NCBI GenBank assembly: GCA_964460665.1 | Contig: CAYWSL010000001.1 | Span: 24,032-88,031 of the forward strand | Length of the DNA stretch: 64,000 nt | From: an uncultured Pirellulaceae bacterium | GTDB taxonomy: Bacteria > Planctomycetota > Planctomycetia > Pirellulales > Pirellulaceae | Reading direction: 5' to 3' | Shown: positions 1-9,660 of the stretch, piece after piece | Layout: the number at the start of each line of letters is the position of its first letter | Numbering within the stretch: position 1 is the first letter of the stretch | Program-made: the position numbers and the translations under genes | Notes under the pieces: generated by a model | What the model was told of the DNA's origin: nothing | The model's input: only the letters and a program-made list of their open reading frames with translations | Databases searched by the model: none

Positions 1-629
1 AAACCGAATACGCATGCGGTCACTCCTAGCGACATCACAAAACCGTTCGCAACTGGGTTTAGCAACGGCCCGCGGCCACGACCAAGGAACTCCAACGAAG
101 CAGCCGGGTCGACGATGAATTTTGGGAACACGGCGGCGTGGAATCCCTTCACTTCAAAGATCGCTGTCACGGCCAAATAAAGGCTTAGCAGGATCGTCGT
201 CAGCGAAAGCCAACGAAAGTCGATTTTGCGGATGTCAGCCACTCGAGCGATGAAGTAAATGCCGGCTGGCATCACAAAGTAAAACAGCCAGCGCGAAAAC
301 GCCTTGATCAGGTAAGGCCCCGATCCTGCCGACAGCGAACTGAGGAAAACGTAGCCGACCAGAGCGATCACTAACCAGTCGATACGAGTCAGTTTCGGTA
401 GCTTGAAATTCCCCATTCGCCAGTGAACGGCTGCCAGACCCAACATTCCGAACCAAAGGATTCGGTCCAGGCTGAACTGAATCACACCGTCAATGTTAAA
501 GAACGGTGGTCCCAAAGCCGTACCAATCAAAAGCACGATCATGGCGATGCGAATCAGCCGACCGGAATGAATGATGGGGATCATCCAAACCAATGCAGCA
601 AACGCAAACAGTAGAATCAAGAATTCCAT
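1..629 (-). CDS. O-antigen ligase (Wzy_C/WaaL-like) family membrane protein, 3' end runs off the window
   Basis: Not in the ORF track because it has no stop inside the window. Manual translation from ATG at 629 gives an open, multi-TM hydrophobic frame: MEFLILLFAFAALVWMIPII...DRILWFGMLGLAAVHW...RWLFYFVMPAGIYFIAR...EFLGRGRGPLLNPVANGFVMSLG. The R-x-x-GP-x-x-NP-x-x-x-G segment is typical of O-antigen ligase/polymerase-like proteins. Confidence 0.7.
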   Translation of the reverse strand, partial: MEFLILLFAFAALVWMIPIIHSGRLIRIAMIVLLIGTALGPPFFNIDGVIQFSLDRILWFGMLGLAAVHWRMGNFKLPKLTRIDWLVIALVGYVFLSSLSAGSGPYLIKAFSRWLFYFVMPAGIYFIARVADIRKIDFRWLSLTTILLSLYLAVTAIFEVKGFHAAVFPKFIVDPAASLEFLGRGRGPLLNPVANGFVMSLGVTACVFG

Positions 630-780
630 ATCGATCTCGCGCAAAGCCCATGGCTCTGTCGTCACAGCTCGGGTCGTAACAGTTTCAACGATCGTGAAGC
701 CGGATAACCCGACCGTTCACGATATTCAGTCGGTGTCTACCGGCTGATACTGAAACATAGGTCACTCGCAAAGCTACGCG

Positions 781-807
781 AGGGATTTGGAACGCGTTGA
801 AATCCCT
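781..807 (-). terminator. Hairpin overlapping the stop of the M16 peptidase gene (possible terminator or stabilising stem)
   Basis: Perfect 8-bp inverted repeat agggattt (781-788) / aaatccct (800-807) with an internal palindrome aacgcgtt. There is no strong U-tract. Confidence 0.4.
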
Positions 808-3635
808 TATTTGGCTTCCACTGCTTCCTTGCTGTCGTCTTCGGTGTCGGTTTCTGAGTCTTTGCCAGCCCCAGCAAAGTCACCAGCCGCCGCCATCACC
901 AATCGATCAGGATCGATGTAGCTGCGAATGGCCTGATTAACCGACTCCACCGTTGCCGCCTGAATCCGTTTTTCGTGCTCGTCGACAAACTTCATCGTGC
1001 GGTCGTTCATGATCGACCCAATCAATTGACCAGCAAGCGACGTATCATCCGTCCGGCGAACACGAGCCGCCTGTAGGTAGCCAGCTTTAGCCTTGGCCAG
1101 TTCCTCTGCCGTCACACCATCGTTGCGGATCTTTTCGACCTCTTCGCGGATGACTTCGATCAGCCGTTCTTTGTTCTTGGGATTCGTGATCGCATAGATT
1201 GTGAAATCCACGCGTTTATCCTTTGCCTTGGCGACCACGCTACTGCGAATACCGTACGACAATCCTTCCTGCTGACGCACTCGGTCAGCCAAGCGACTGC
1301 TAAGCGATCCGCCACCCAAAATGAAGTTCCCCAGTACCAGGGGAGCGTACGAAGGGTCGTCATCCTGCATCGCGTAATGCTGCGTGCTGAAGAACATCGC
1401 GTTCGCCTTGTCTGGTGTTTCGATGTTCTCAAGCGACCCTTCGACTTCGGGATGAGGGGCGCGACCGACGCGCACATACGCTTCGTCGCAATTCCAATCA
1501 GCCAGGCTCTTCTTCCACAGCGTTTTCACTTCTTCGGCATCGAAGTCTCCGACTACCGCCAATTCACCGGCCTGACTACTAAGGAAGCTCTTGTGAAGTT
1601 CGCGAATTTCTTCGATCGTCACGCTTTCATACATCGCGACCTCTTCGTCGATCGACATTACGTAGCGAACATCATCTTTGTCGTAGGGAGCCAGTTTCTT
1701 CTTCACCGCTCGCGGAGCAAGTGACTGCGGGTCGTTTGCTCCTTGCTGCAAGCTACTGATAACTTGGCCGCGAATGACTTCAAGCTCGTCCGCATCGAAA
1801 CGCGGATTACGAAGCACATCCCCCATCAATTCAGTCGCTTCGGAGACAAACTCACGCTTCGTCTTCACCGACACTTGTAGTAATCCCAGCGTGCTGTTGA
1901 CCGACGATCGGGCACGAAGCCGGGTCCACTCATCCTGCAATTGCTGGTTGTCCAGGCTTTTCGTCCCCTTGGACATCATCCAGCCCATTAGTTCGACAGC
2001 GCCCATTTTGCCTTTCAAAGATTCGGCCGCTCCGAATCGCAGCGTCAGCATTAACGATACCGCCCCGCCACGGGTCTTTTTTGGGACCAACGCGTACTTA
2101 ATTCCATTGACCAAGTCGCCACGTTCGGTGCGCCCTTCGATCACCAACGGCGAAGGATCGAATTGCTCACCCGCTTGAATGGCTTCGCGCCCTTTGTAAC
2201 CATCCAGCAGTTTTGCCAAGTTGGGTGCCTCGGGTATCTCAATGCGTTCTGCTTTCTCCGACGGAATAAACAGACCAACAGTGCGGTTGTTGCGCACAAA
2301 GTACTTTTCGGCAACCGCTTGAACCTGTTCGGCCGTCAGCGCTTCGACGCTGTCGCGGTACAAGAAGTACAAACGCCAATCACCTTGGGCCGCCCAGTCG
2401 CTTAGCGACACGGCGATGCGATCGCTATTGGATGCTTCCAGTTCTCGCTGCTTCAAAATGTTTTGTTTCGCCCGTTCGACTTCTTTTGCGGTCACAGGGT
2501 TTTCCAGCAACTCCTGCTCCATACCGGCTAGCAGCCCGGCACGAGCTTCTTCTAGTGATTTGTCTTCGGACGTCTCGGCGATCGCCATGAACAGACCTGG
2601 TTCGGCAAATGCATAGGCAAGCGCGTACACGTTGCTGGCGATTTTGGTTTCGACCAAACGCTTGTACAGACGCCCGCCTGGTTCATCACCCAACACGTAA
2701 ACTAACGCTTTCGCAGCCGCAAAATCAGCATGACTACTAGCTGGAATGTGGTAGGCCGCACCACAAAGCTGAACGTCACCAACGCGGCGCAGTACGACAG
2801 TCCGCTCGCCATCTTGCGCGGGTTCAACGGTGTAAGTCGGATCGATCGGCGTATCTGGCGACTCGAGTTTTCCGAACGTCGCCTTGATCTTCTTCAATGC
2901 CGTTTCCGGATCGAACTTCCCGGCCACGATCAGCATGACATTGTCAGGGCGGTAGTACTTGCGATAAAACTGACGCAGCTTGACAACGGGAACACGTTCG
3001 ATGTCGCTGCGGTTACCAATCGTACTTTGGCCGTAATTGTGCCATTCGTAGGCGGCGGCCTGCATTCGTTGCATCATGATCCGGATCGGTGAGTTCTCGC
3101 CACTCTCGAATTCGTTTCGTACAACCGTCATTTCGCTTTCCAAGTCCTCGCCCTTGATAAAGCTATTGACCAGTCGGTCCGACTCCAGTTCCAGCGCGAA
3201 CTGCAAGTTTTCGTCTGTCGCGGGCAGCGTTTCGTAGTAGTTCGTACGGTCCATCCATGTGGTTCCGTTGAACCTCGCGCCGCGTTCATTCAGTACTTCA
3301 GGTACGTTCGGATGGTCTGGTGTTCCTTTGAACAACATGTGCTCCAGCAAGTGGGCCATGCCAGCTTCGCCGTACCCTTCGTGCCGCGAACCGACGAAGA
3401 CCGTCATGTTGACCGTCACGAGTTCTTTACTTGGGTCGGGAAACAAGAGGACGCGAACCCCGTTTTCCATTTTGTATTCAGAGATACCCTCGATTTCAGT
3501 GACTTTCATGATTCCGTTCTCGGTTTTGGTATCTTCAGAATGCACGCTCTGTGGCGCTGCAAGGAATGCAAGAACTAGCGTGAAGCAGGTCAGAAAGCGA
3601 TAAAGTGGTTGGGCTTGATCGACTGTGGACGTCAC
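807..3635 (-). CDS. M16 (pitrilysin/insulinase) family zinc metallopeptidase, single-chain two-lobed, probably exported
   Basis: Inverted zinc motif HLLEH (MAHLLEHMLFKG), NGTTWMDRTNYY, VVRNEFE, and C-terminal R..GLSY pair. N-terminal hydrophobic signal-like segment. GTG start preceded by AAGGAG. Confidence 0.93.
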   Translation of the reverse strand: MTSTVDQAQPLYRFLTCFTLVLAFLAAPQSVHSEDTKTENGIMKVTEIEGISEYKMENGVRVLLFPDPSKELVTVNMTVFVGSRHEGYGEAGMAHLLEHMLFKGTPDHPNVPEVLNERGARFNGTTWMDRTNYYETLPATDENLQFALELESDRLVNSFIKGEDLESEMTVVRNEFESGENSPIRIMMQRMQAAAYEWHNYGQSTIGNRSDIERVPVVKLRQFYRKYYRPDNVMLIVAGKFDPETALKKIKATFGKLESPDTPIDPTYTVEPAQDGERTVVLRRVGDVQLCGAAYHIPASSHADFAAAKALVYVLGDEPGGRLYKRLVETKIASNVYALAYAFAEPGLFMAIAETSEDKSLEEARAGLLAGMEQELLENPVTAKEVERAKQNILKQRELEASNSDRIAVSLSDWAAQGDWRLYFLYRDSVEALTAEQVQAVAEKYFVRNNRTVGLFIPSEKAERIEIPEAPNLAKLLDGYKGREAIQAGEQFDPSPLVIEGRTERGDLVNGIKYALVPKKTRGGAVSLMLTLRFGAAESLKGKMGAVELMGWMMSKGTKSLDNQQLQDEWTRLRARSSVNSTLGLLQVSVKTKREFVSEATELMGDVLRNPRFDADELEVIRGQVISSLQQGANDPQSLAPRAVKKKLAPYDKDDVRYVMSIDEEVAMYESVTIEEIRELHKSFLSSQAGELAVVGDFDAEEVKTLWKKSLADWNCDEAYVRVGRAPHPEVEGSLENIETPDKANAMFFSTQHYAMQDDDPSYAPLVLGNFILGGGSLSSRLADRVRQQEGLSYGIRSSVVAKAKDKRVDFTIYAITNPKNKERLIEVIREEVEKIRNDGVTAEELAKAKAGYLQAARVRRTDDTSLAGQLIGSIMNDRTMKFVDEHEKRIQAATVESVNQAIRSYIDPDRLVMAAAGDFAGAGKDSETDTEDDSKEAVEAK

Positions 3636-3715
3636 AGGGATGCTCCTTGCAAGAATGATTGGTTAAGTATCGGCCAGAAAATCGTGTCGACTCAGTCCTA
3701 AGACACGACCCTCCC

Positions 3716-3787
3716 GATTGTATCGTGCATCTTGTATTGTGCACGCGGTCAGGCACGAGATTGTCCTGTGCGTGATTGTCCTTTGTA
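3716..3787. repeat. Four imperfect 14-bp direct repeats (consensus GATTGT-N3-GTGC) in the divergent M16/Rieske promoter region
   Basis: gattgtatcgtgca (3716), tcttgtattgtgca (3730), gattgtcctgtgcg (3759), gattgtcctttgta (3774). There is also a 7-bp inverted repeat tcgtgtc/gacacga at 3682-3708. Confidence 0.45.
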
Positions 3788-3841
3788 TGGGCGGGACGCC
3801 ATACTGGACGATAACCGCCGCAACTTCTTGATCACGAATCA

Positions 3842-4183
3842 ATGACAGCACACAACGAAGAATCCAACATCAACCCCGGCAAGGAATGGGTCGACGCAGT
3901 AGCCGCGGACTCGATAGCCGGTGGCTGTGCCTCAGAAGTGGTTGTCCAAGGGCAAGTGCTGGCGATCTTTCGATCTGATGGGCGCTTGTTCGCAATGGAC
4001 GGCATGTGTGCCCATCAAGGGGGGCCCATTGCACAAGGCGAAGTTCAGCATGGCTGCGTAACCTGCCCCTGGCATGGCTGGCAGTACGAATTGGACTCCG
4101 GAATCCAAACCATCAATCGCCAACCGCTACAACAGACATTCCCAGTCCGCGAACAAAACGGAATGATCCAAGTTCAGTTGTAA
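3842..4183 (+). CDS. Rieske [2Fe-2S] ferredoxin (NirD/dioxygenase-ferredoxin-like)
   Basis: C-x-H (CAHQGG) and C-x-x-H (CPWHGWQY) Rieske ligand motifs in a 113-aa protein. Confidence 0.92.
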   Translation: MTAHNEESNINPGKEWVDAVAADSIAGGCASEVVVQGQVLAIFRSDGRLFAMDGMCAHQGGPIAQGEVQHGCVTCPWHGWQYELDSGIQTINRQPLQQTFPVREQNGMIQVQL

Positions 4184-4226
4184 GTGTGCGGTAGAAATAA
4201 GCATGCGGTAGAAAAGAAGCTGCCTA

Positions 4227-5231
4227 TCATCGCCAACGCCCAGTCGGCCACGCCTGAACACCTTCGGCGTAGTTATTTGGCCCCAACGCCATCAAGTCCC
4301 GGCGGCCTGCGATCCTTCCCTCTTCAATCAATTGCTCTGGCCTAGAGAAGTCGAACCACATTCGCTTGCCAACGTCAGGACGAATCACGATGTCCGCCAG
4401 TTCCATCTTTTGGCGACGAATCATCCGCTCGGCGATCTCATCCATCCGCATCATCACTTCGATCGTGGTTCCACATTCCTCAATCGGTGTGTGATCGCTG
4501 CCAACATCCACGCCGATCACCAACTGACTTGAGTGTGCACGTGCCACGGTCGTCGGCAAAGAATCCAGAACGCCGATATCGACCAACATGCCGTCGCCCC
4601 AAGGCACCGGCGGAAAGAACCCGGGAATCGACGTGGACGCTTTCACTGCTTCACGAAGCGATCCGCGTTCCAAGACAACGCGATGCCCGCTGTGCAAGTC
4701 AGCCGCCACGATACTTAGCGGTATCTCTGTATCGGCGATGTCGATATCCGGCAGCAAGTGATCGATCGTTTCACGCAACAAATTGTCACGCATTAACGAC
4801 GGACCGGTTAGCGCGCGTCGCAATCGGCGACTGTTTGCCACCGTTCGCTTCAAACGCTTGTACCAACTGCCACACCAGTTTTCAGAAAAGCCACTTTGAC
4901 TAGGCAGACCGTCACGTTCAGACAGTCGCGCAGCAGGTCCAGCCAGCAATCCAGACCTTTCCAGAAAGATCGGCGAGTACAGGAGTTCGATCGCTTTCGC
5001 CTGCACTCGATAAATGTCGGGATCGACAGCAAACAAGGCGCCGACCAGACTTCCAATGCTGACTCCAACGATGCGCTCGGTTCGAATTCCAAACTCGCCG
5101 ATCAGTTCCAATGCACCTAGATGCGCAAGTCCCCTCGCCCCGCCGCCGCCTAACGCGACGACCGCCTGACGTTCTCCCCCGGGCGTCAACACTTCTTCCT
5201 TGCGGAAATTGAATAGCTCAATGAGCTTCAT
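4227..5231 (-). CDS. Patatin-like phospholipase/lipase (start probably MKLIELF at 5231 rather than 5282)
   Basis: GGGGARGLAHLG oxyanion motif, GVSIG nucleophile elbow, ASTSIPGFFPP, and the catalytic Asp in a D-I-G variant (MLVDIGVLDSLP). Confidence 0.9.
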   Translation of the reverse strand: MKLIELFNFRKEEVLTPGGERQAVVALGGGGARGLAHLGALELIGEFGIRTERIVGVSIGSLVGALFAVDPDIYRVQAKAIELLYSPIFLERSGLLAGPAARLSERDGLPSQSGFSENWCGSWYKRLKRTVANSRRLRRALTGPSLMRDNLLRETIDHLLPDIDIADTEIPLSIVAADLHSGHRVVLERGSLREAVKASTSIPGFFPPVPWGDGMLVDIGVLDSLPTTVARAHSSQLVIGVDVGSDHTPIEECGTTIEVMMRMDEIAERMIRRQKMELADIVIRPDVGKRMWFDFSRPEQLIEEGRIAGRRDLMALGPNNYAEGVQAWPTGRWR

Positions 5232-5300
5232 GACGAACCCTTTGCAATGCGATTGACGGCGGCACAATCCGCCGCCAATCAACGTTTCTCCATCGGATGC

Positions 5301-7331
5301 CTATTTATACTTCTGCAGAATGCCGGTCGATTTGACGCCTTTCAATTCGGACCAACCTTCTTCAGCAATCTTGCCGCCCAAAGCGGTGACCTGCCGGAAA
5401 TCTGCGTCACTTGGCTTGGCGCCAGTGATGCTGCGACGCAGGTCCCGGCAGACGGTGTCCGCGGCGGACTTGGTCGTTTCGTCGCCGCTTCGGGATGCGT
5501 ACAACGCCGTGACCAAGATCACGATTGCACTTTGCAGATCCGAGGACAACGCTGACATGCGACACTGACGATCAGCAAGTTTCAACTGATGCTTTCGCAT
5601 CGTTCCGCTGATATTGAAGCCTGACTTGGACAACAATTTCTGAGCAAACTTTACGTGCCCAGCCAGCTTCGCATCGACGCCGTCAAACTTGGACCAACTT
5701 GATCCCGCGACGGCACTGCCTGCGAACCACTTGGTGTACGCCATCATCGGGCCTTTCAACGCCCACAAGTGCATCGGGTTCACCAAGTTGGGCTGCTTGA
5801 TTCCCAATGCGTGAAGCGTCCGTCCAATCGGCTCGAAGAATCGTTTTCCGTGATCCTTCACCAGCGACTTGAAGAACGCCATGCCAAGCATCTCACCCTC
5901 GCCTTCGTAAATGCACGGTGCTAGGAACTCATGAACGTTGTCACCAAACAAGTGGCCTTCCAAAAAGGATCGACCGCCGTGCGTCTTCATGAACAACTCG
6001 ATCGCGGCTTCCTTCTGCATTTCGCTGCCAAAAATTTTGGCCACGATGCATTCCATCTCGCCACGATATCCTTGGTCGATCAAACCAGCGCACCAACGTG
6101 AAAGTGCATCGCAGGCCACGATCATGCCAGCCATTCGGCCAACACGTCGGCGAACCAATTCGCGTTTTTCGATCTGCTGACCGTAGGTCTCGCGGTACTC
6201 GGCCCACGGCAGCATCTCTGCCAGCATCCACCGCATCGCTCCGGCCGCATTGGCACACAAGGAAACACGTCCCAAGTTCAGACCGTGATACGCGATCGTC
6301 AATCCATCACCCCGCGATGGCACCAGTAGGTTGCTGGCGGGAACGCGGAAGTCCTTGAAAATCAGACCGTTATTGTTGGCTCGACGCAGAGCGTAGATGC
6401 CGTAACGATTCAGCTGAAAGTGCTCGTTTTCTTCCTCGGGCAAGTCCACGATCAAGACCGATGGCACGCCATCAATCTTGCAGACCAGTCCAATGGTCCG
6501 CCCGGGGATCGCGTTGGTAATGAACAGCTTTTCGCCGTTCACAACGTACTCGTCACCGTCCAAGACCGCCGTGGTTTTTAGCGCCGTTAAGTCACTACCG
6601 GCTCCCGGTTCGGTTAGCGCGAACGCCGACAAACGTGTGCCATCAGCAAGCTTCGGAAGGAAACGACGTTTTTGTTCATCGGTCCCGAACGCACGCACGG
6701 GGTCCACTGCGCCGATGCAGCCGTGCACCGATGCCAGCCCAGCCACCGTGGGATCGATGGTTGCCATTTGCGTGATCATCCAAGCGAACTCGCGCATCGT
6801 CGCGCCGCTACCACCGTGCTTGGTGTCGACTAGCAGTCCCCAGTAGCCAACGTCGCCCAATTCCTTCATCACGATGTCGGCGATTCGATCGTCATCGTTG
6901 AACAGCGTTCCCGCGTCGCGATGGCGACTTACCAGTGCCAATGAATCGGCCACAACTTTTGCGACCAGCGGCGAACCTTCAGGCATGTCGCTGTAAAACA
7001 ATTCGGTCGGCACGTTGCTGTCCCAGACCGCACGGTGAACGGGACTGTTCACGGTTTTGTACTGTTCAGCAAACAGCGATTCGACTTGATCGTCGGCTGT
7101 ATCCACCACACCTGTCCGCTTCGCCTCGTCGGCAGAAGCTCCACCCAGACGCAATGCGACTTCGGCAAACGATTCCTCTTGCACAGGATTAGGCTTAACC
7201 GGCGCAGACGGCTTCACCTCCTCCATCTTCGGTGCAGGTTTCGCATTGGGAACCGATGGGGATACGGGCGGGGAAACAGGGACATCGGTGGAAGCGTCGA
7301 CCGATGCATTGGCGTCAAATTCAAGGCTCAT
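5301..7331 (-). CDS. fadE: Acyl-CoA dehydrogenase (FadE-like) with N-terminal extension (start MSLEFD at 7331)
   Basis: [17 protein letters not shown]-type [28 protein letters not shown], and CIYEGEGE with the catalytic Glu. AAGGAG lies upstream of the 7331 ATG. Confidence 0.9.
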   Translation of the reverse strand: MSLEFDANASVDASTDVPVSPPVSPSVPNAKPAPKMEEVKPSAPVKPNPVQEESFAEVALRLGGASADEAKRTGVVDTADDQVESLFAEQYKTVNSPVHRAVWDSNVPTELFYSDMPEGSPLVAKVVADSLALVSRHRDAGTLFNDDDRIADIVMKELGDVGYWGLLVDTKHGGSGATMREFAWMITQMATIDPTVAGLASVHGCIGAVDPVRAFGTDEQKRRFLPKLADGTRLSAFALTEPGAGSDLTALKTTAVLDGDEYVVNGEKLFITNAIPGRTIGLVCKIDGVPSVLIVDLPEEENEHFQLNRYGIYALRRANNNGLIFKDFRVPASNLLVPSRGDGLTIAYHGLNLGRVSLCANAAGAMRWMLAEMLPWAEYRETYGQQIEKRELVRRRVGRMAGMIVACDALSRWCAGLIDQGYRGEMECIVAKIFGSEMQKEAAIELFMKTHGGRSFLEGHLFGDNVHEFLAPCIYEGEGEMLGMAFFKSLVKDHGKRFFEPIGRTLHALGIKQPNLVNPMHLWALKGPMMAYTKWFAGSAVAGSSWSKFDGVDAKLAGHVKFAQKLLSKSGFNISGTMRKHQLKLADRQCRMSALSSDLQSAIVILVTALYASRSGDETTKSAADTVCRDLRRSITGAKPSDADFRQVTALGGKIAEEGWSELKGVKSTGILQKYK

Positions 7332-7457
7332 GACTGAACTCCTTCGGAAAAGTGATTCGTTGTTGTCTTGTTGGCGAAAACGTTTCAGCGCGGCTAGCGA
7401 CACTTTTGGAGGTAAATAGTTGTCGCCGCCAGCCGCGCCTCTACGTTTCAAGGATCG

Positions 7458-9659
7458 TTATGGGGAAACGGATGCGTGTGATTCGCTGGAATCGTCCATC
7501 GCAAAAAACGTCTCGCCGGAATCCGCAAACTTCACCAAGCTTTTTGGCGGTTCAAATCGCGGACCACACATCGATTTAAGTCGCCGCATGTTGCCAAGCA
7601 GGCGGTGCGCGCCGATCGCATCGACAACGTGCAGTGGCCCGCCCAAGTGTGGGGCGAATCCAGTCCCCAGCACCATTGCTAGATCAATCGCCCAAGGCTG
7701 CTGGACCACACCTTCTTCGTAGCAGCGAATCGATTCGGCCAGCATCGGATAGACCAGCCGACGCTGAATCGCAGTCAGCCCATCATCCGGAAAATCATCT
7801 GGGAAGATGCCTCGCAGCGTTCCCGTGGTTCGCATGGAATCCAACGACGACTCGCCGCGTTTTCCTTTGCTGTAACGGTAGAAACCTAAGCTCGACTTCT
7901 TGCCAAGTTTTCCTTCTGCGACCATTTCGGAAAGCGTTTCCACAACTGGCTCGACTCCCACCAGCACGTCGCTTAGCGAAGTCGCCACGTGCAACGCGAC
8001 ATCCAAACCAACTTGATCCAGTAGTTCCAGCGGCCCCATCGGCATGCCGAAGCGACGTAATTCCTTGTCCATCGCAGCGACGTCAAACCCTTCGCGGACC
8101 ATCAACACGGCTTCACCCAAATAAGGGAACAACACGCGATTGACCAAGAATCCTGGTGAATCGGACGTCACGATGGGCGTCTTTCCCAGAGCGCGAACGA
8201 AGGCGACCAGCCGCGCGACCGTGGCAGGATCCGTCGCCGCTCCGCGAACCACTTCCACCAACTCCATTCGATGAACGGGGTTGAAGAAGTGCAGTCCGCC
8301 AAAGCTGCCTGGGCGCGAAACGACCGACGCCATTTCGTCCACAGAAAGCGACGATGTGTTGGTCGCCAGAATCGTTGTGTCGCTAACGATCCCATCCAGA
8401 GATTTAAATACGCTTTGCTTGACGTCCATGCGTTCAACGATCGCTTCGACAACCAAATCGGCATCCGCAAGCGGGGCGTCTTCACAGGTAACGGTGATCT
8501 TGTTTTCAAGATTCAAACGCCGCTTATCGCTCCAGCCTTTGCGATCAGCCAGTGATCGAATCAACCCATGGATGCGGTTTCGGCCCGCTTCAGCAGCCGA
8601 TTCGTCGATCTCTTTCATGACGACATCGAATCCGCGAAGTGCGGCGAGCTGCCCGATCCCAGCGCCCATCGCACCAGCGCCGATCACGGCGACTTTCTGA
8701 ATTGGCACATCGTGCGCAGCATGGGCACTACCGGCTGACCACGTCTTCAAGCTCCTGGCCTTTTCGCGGGCAAAGAATAGTTGCAGCAGGTTCCGACAAG
8801 TCGGAGTCGACAGCAGTTTCACGAACTCGTCACGTTCCACCCTGAACCCGTCGATGCTGTGCTGGAAACCAACTTCAATCGCCTTCACAGCCGCCGCCAA
8901 AGCGGGGAACTGTTTCGTTTTCGACGCGATCTTTTTCCGCGTTGTACGTAGGACCAACGCACGACCCAGTTTGGTTCCTTCCAATAGACGCGTGGTCAGC
9001 TTCCGACGTTTCTTTGTCGATACATTGACATGTCCCTTCAACACGTCGTAGACGAACGAATCGACTTCGGTCTCCCAATCCTCGGGAGTGATCGATCGAT
9101 CGACCAAGCCAATCTTGAACGCTTCTTGCGCGTTCAGGTGCTTGCCTTGCAGGATCATCGATAATCCAGACGTCAGTCCGACCAGTTTCGGTAATCGCTG
9201 CGTCCCGCCCCAACCTGGGATCACACCCAGTTTGATTTCGGGAAGCCCAATTTTGGTACTGCTGTTGTCGCGAGCGATTCGGTGGTTGCAGGCAAGCGAA
9301 AGCTCCAACCCGCCGCCCAAACATGGGCCGTGTATCACCACGACCGTCGGCATGGGCAACCATTCGATTCGCTGAAACAGCAGCTGCCCGTCTTCGATCA
9401 ATCGGCCGGCCTTTTGCGGAGTGTCGATTTCGGCAATCGCGTTGACATCCGCACCGGCCAGGAATCCGCTTTCCTTTCCGCTGCTGAACACCACGACCTT
9501 GACGTCGCGACTGTTTTCCAGGTCCGTGACGATGCTCTCTAGCTCCGTCATCACGCTACGGTCCAGAACGTTCATCGGCCGACTTGGTACGTCCAACGTG
9601 ACCATGCAGACGCCGCGATCATCCGTCGCGACAGTAAAGTTTTCGTAGGCACTATTCAT
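7458..9659 (-). CDS. fadJ: Multifunctional fatty-acid oxidation protein: enoyl-CoA hydratase plus 3-hydroxyacyl-CoA dehydrogenase (start MNSAYE at 9659)
   Basis: GGGLELSLAC and GLPEIKLGVIPGWGGTQRL (hydratase); GAGAMG, TNTSSL, GLHFFNP and GFLVNR (dehydrogenase). The ATG lies 1 nt after the thiolase stop, with GGAGG upstream. The fadJ versus fadB naming is a judgement call. Confidence 0.9.
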   Translation of the reverse strand: MNSAYENFTVATDDRGVCMVTLDVPSRPMNVLDRSVMTELESIVTDLENSRDVKVVVFSSGKESGFLAGADVNAIAEIDTPQKAGRLIEDGQLLFQRIEWLPMPTVVVIHGPCLGGGLELSLACNHRIARDNSSTKIGLPEIKLGVIPGWGGTQRLPKLVGLTSGLSMILQGKHLNAQEAFKIGLVDRSITPEDWETEVDSFVYDVLKGHVNVSTKKRRKLTTRLLEGTKLGRALVLRTTRKKIASKTKQFPALAAAVKAIEVGFQHSIDGFRVERDEFVKLLSTPTCRNLLQLFFAREKARSLKTWSAGSAHAAHDVPIQKVAVIGAGAMGAGIGQLAALRGFDVVMKEIDESAAEAGRNRIHGLIRSLADRKGWSDKRRLNLENKITVTCEDAPLADADLVVEAIVERMDVKQSVFKSLDGIVSDTTILATNTSSLSVDEMASVVSRPGSFGGLHFFNPVHRMELVEVVRGAATDPATVARLVAFVRALGKTPIVTSDSPGFLVNRVLFPYLGEAVLMVREGFDVAAMDKELRRFGMPMGPLELLDQVGLDVALHVATSLSDVLVGVEPVVETLSEMVAEGKLGKKSSLGFYRYSKGKRGESSLDSMRTTGTLRGIFPDDFPDDGLTAIQRRLVYPMLAESIRCYEEGVVQQPWAIDLAMVLGTGFAPHLGGPLHVVDAIGAHRLLGNMRRLKSMCGPRFEPPKSLVKFADSGETFFAMDDSSESHASVSP

Positions 9660-9660
9660 C

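Noticed and set aside
639-782. Two CGCAAAGC words reminiscent of the c-di-GMP-I riboswitch core
   Set aside because: They are on the non-coding strand for the flanking genes and lack the GCAAACC..GAAA..GGGACGCAAAGC context.
807-3635. M16 peptidase as the processing enzyme for the Arg/Lys-rich giant-protein leaders (by analogy with mitochondrial processing peptidase)
   Set aside because: It is 12 kb away in a separate transcription unit and belongs to a widespread family; nothing in the sequence links them.
4187-4214. 11-bp direct repeat tgcggtagaaa x2 containing an ops-like GCGGTAG core
   Set aside because: It lies in a 43-bp convergent gap, not upstream of a long operon, and does not match the full ops consensus; only two copies, so not CRISPR-like.
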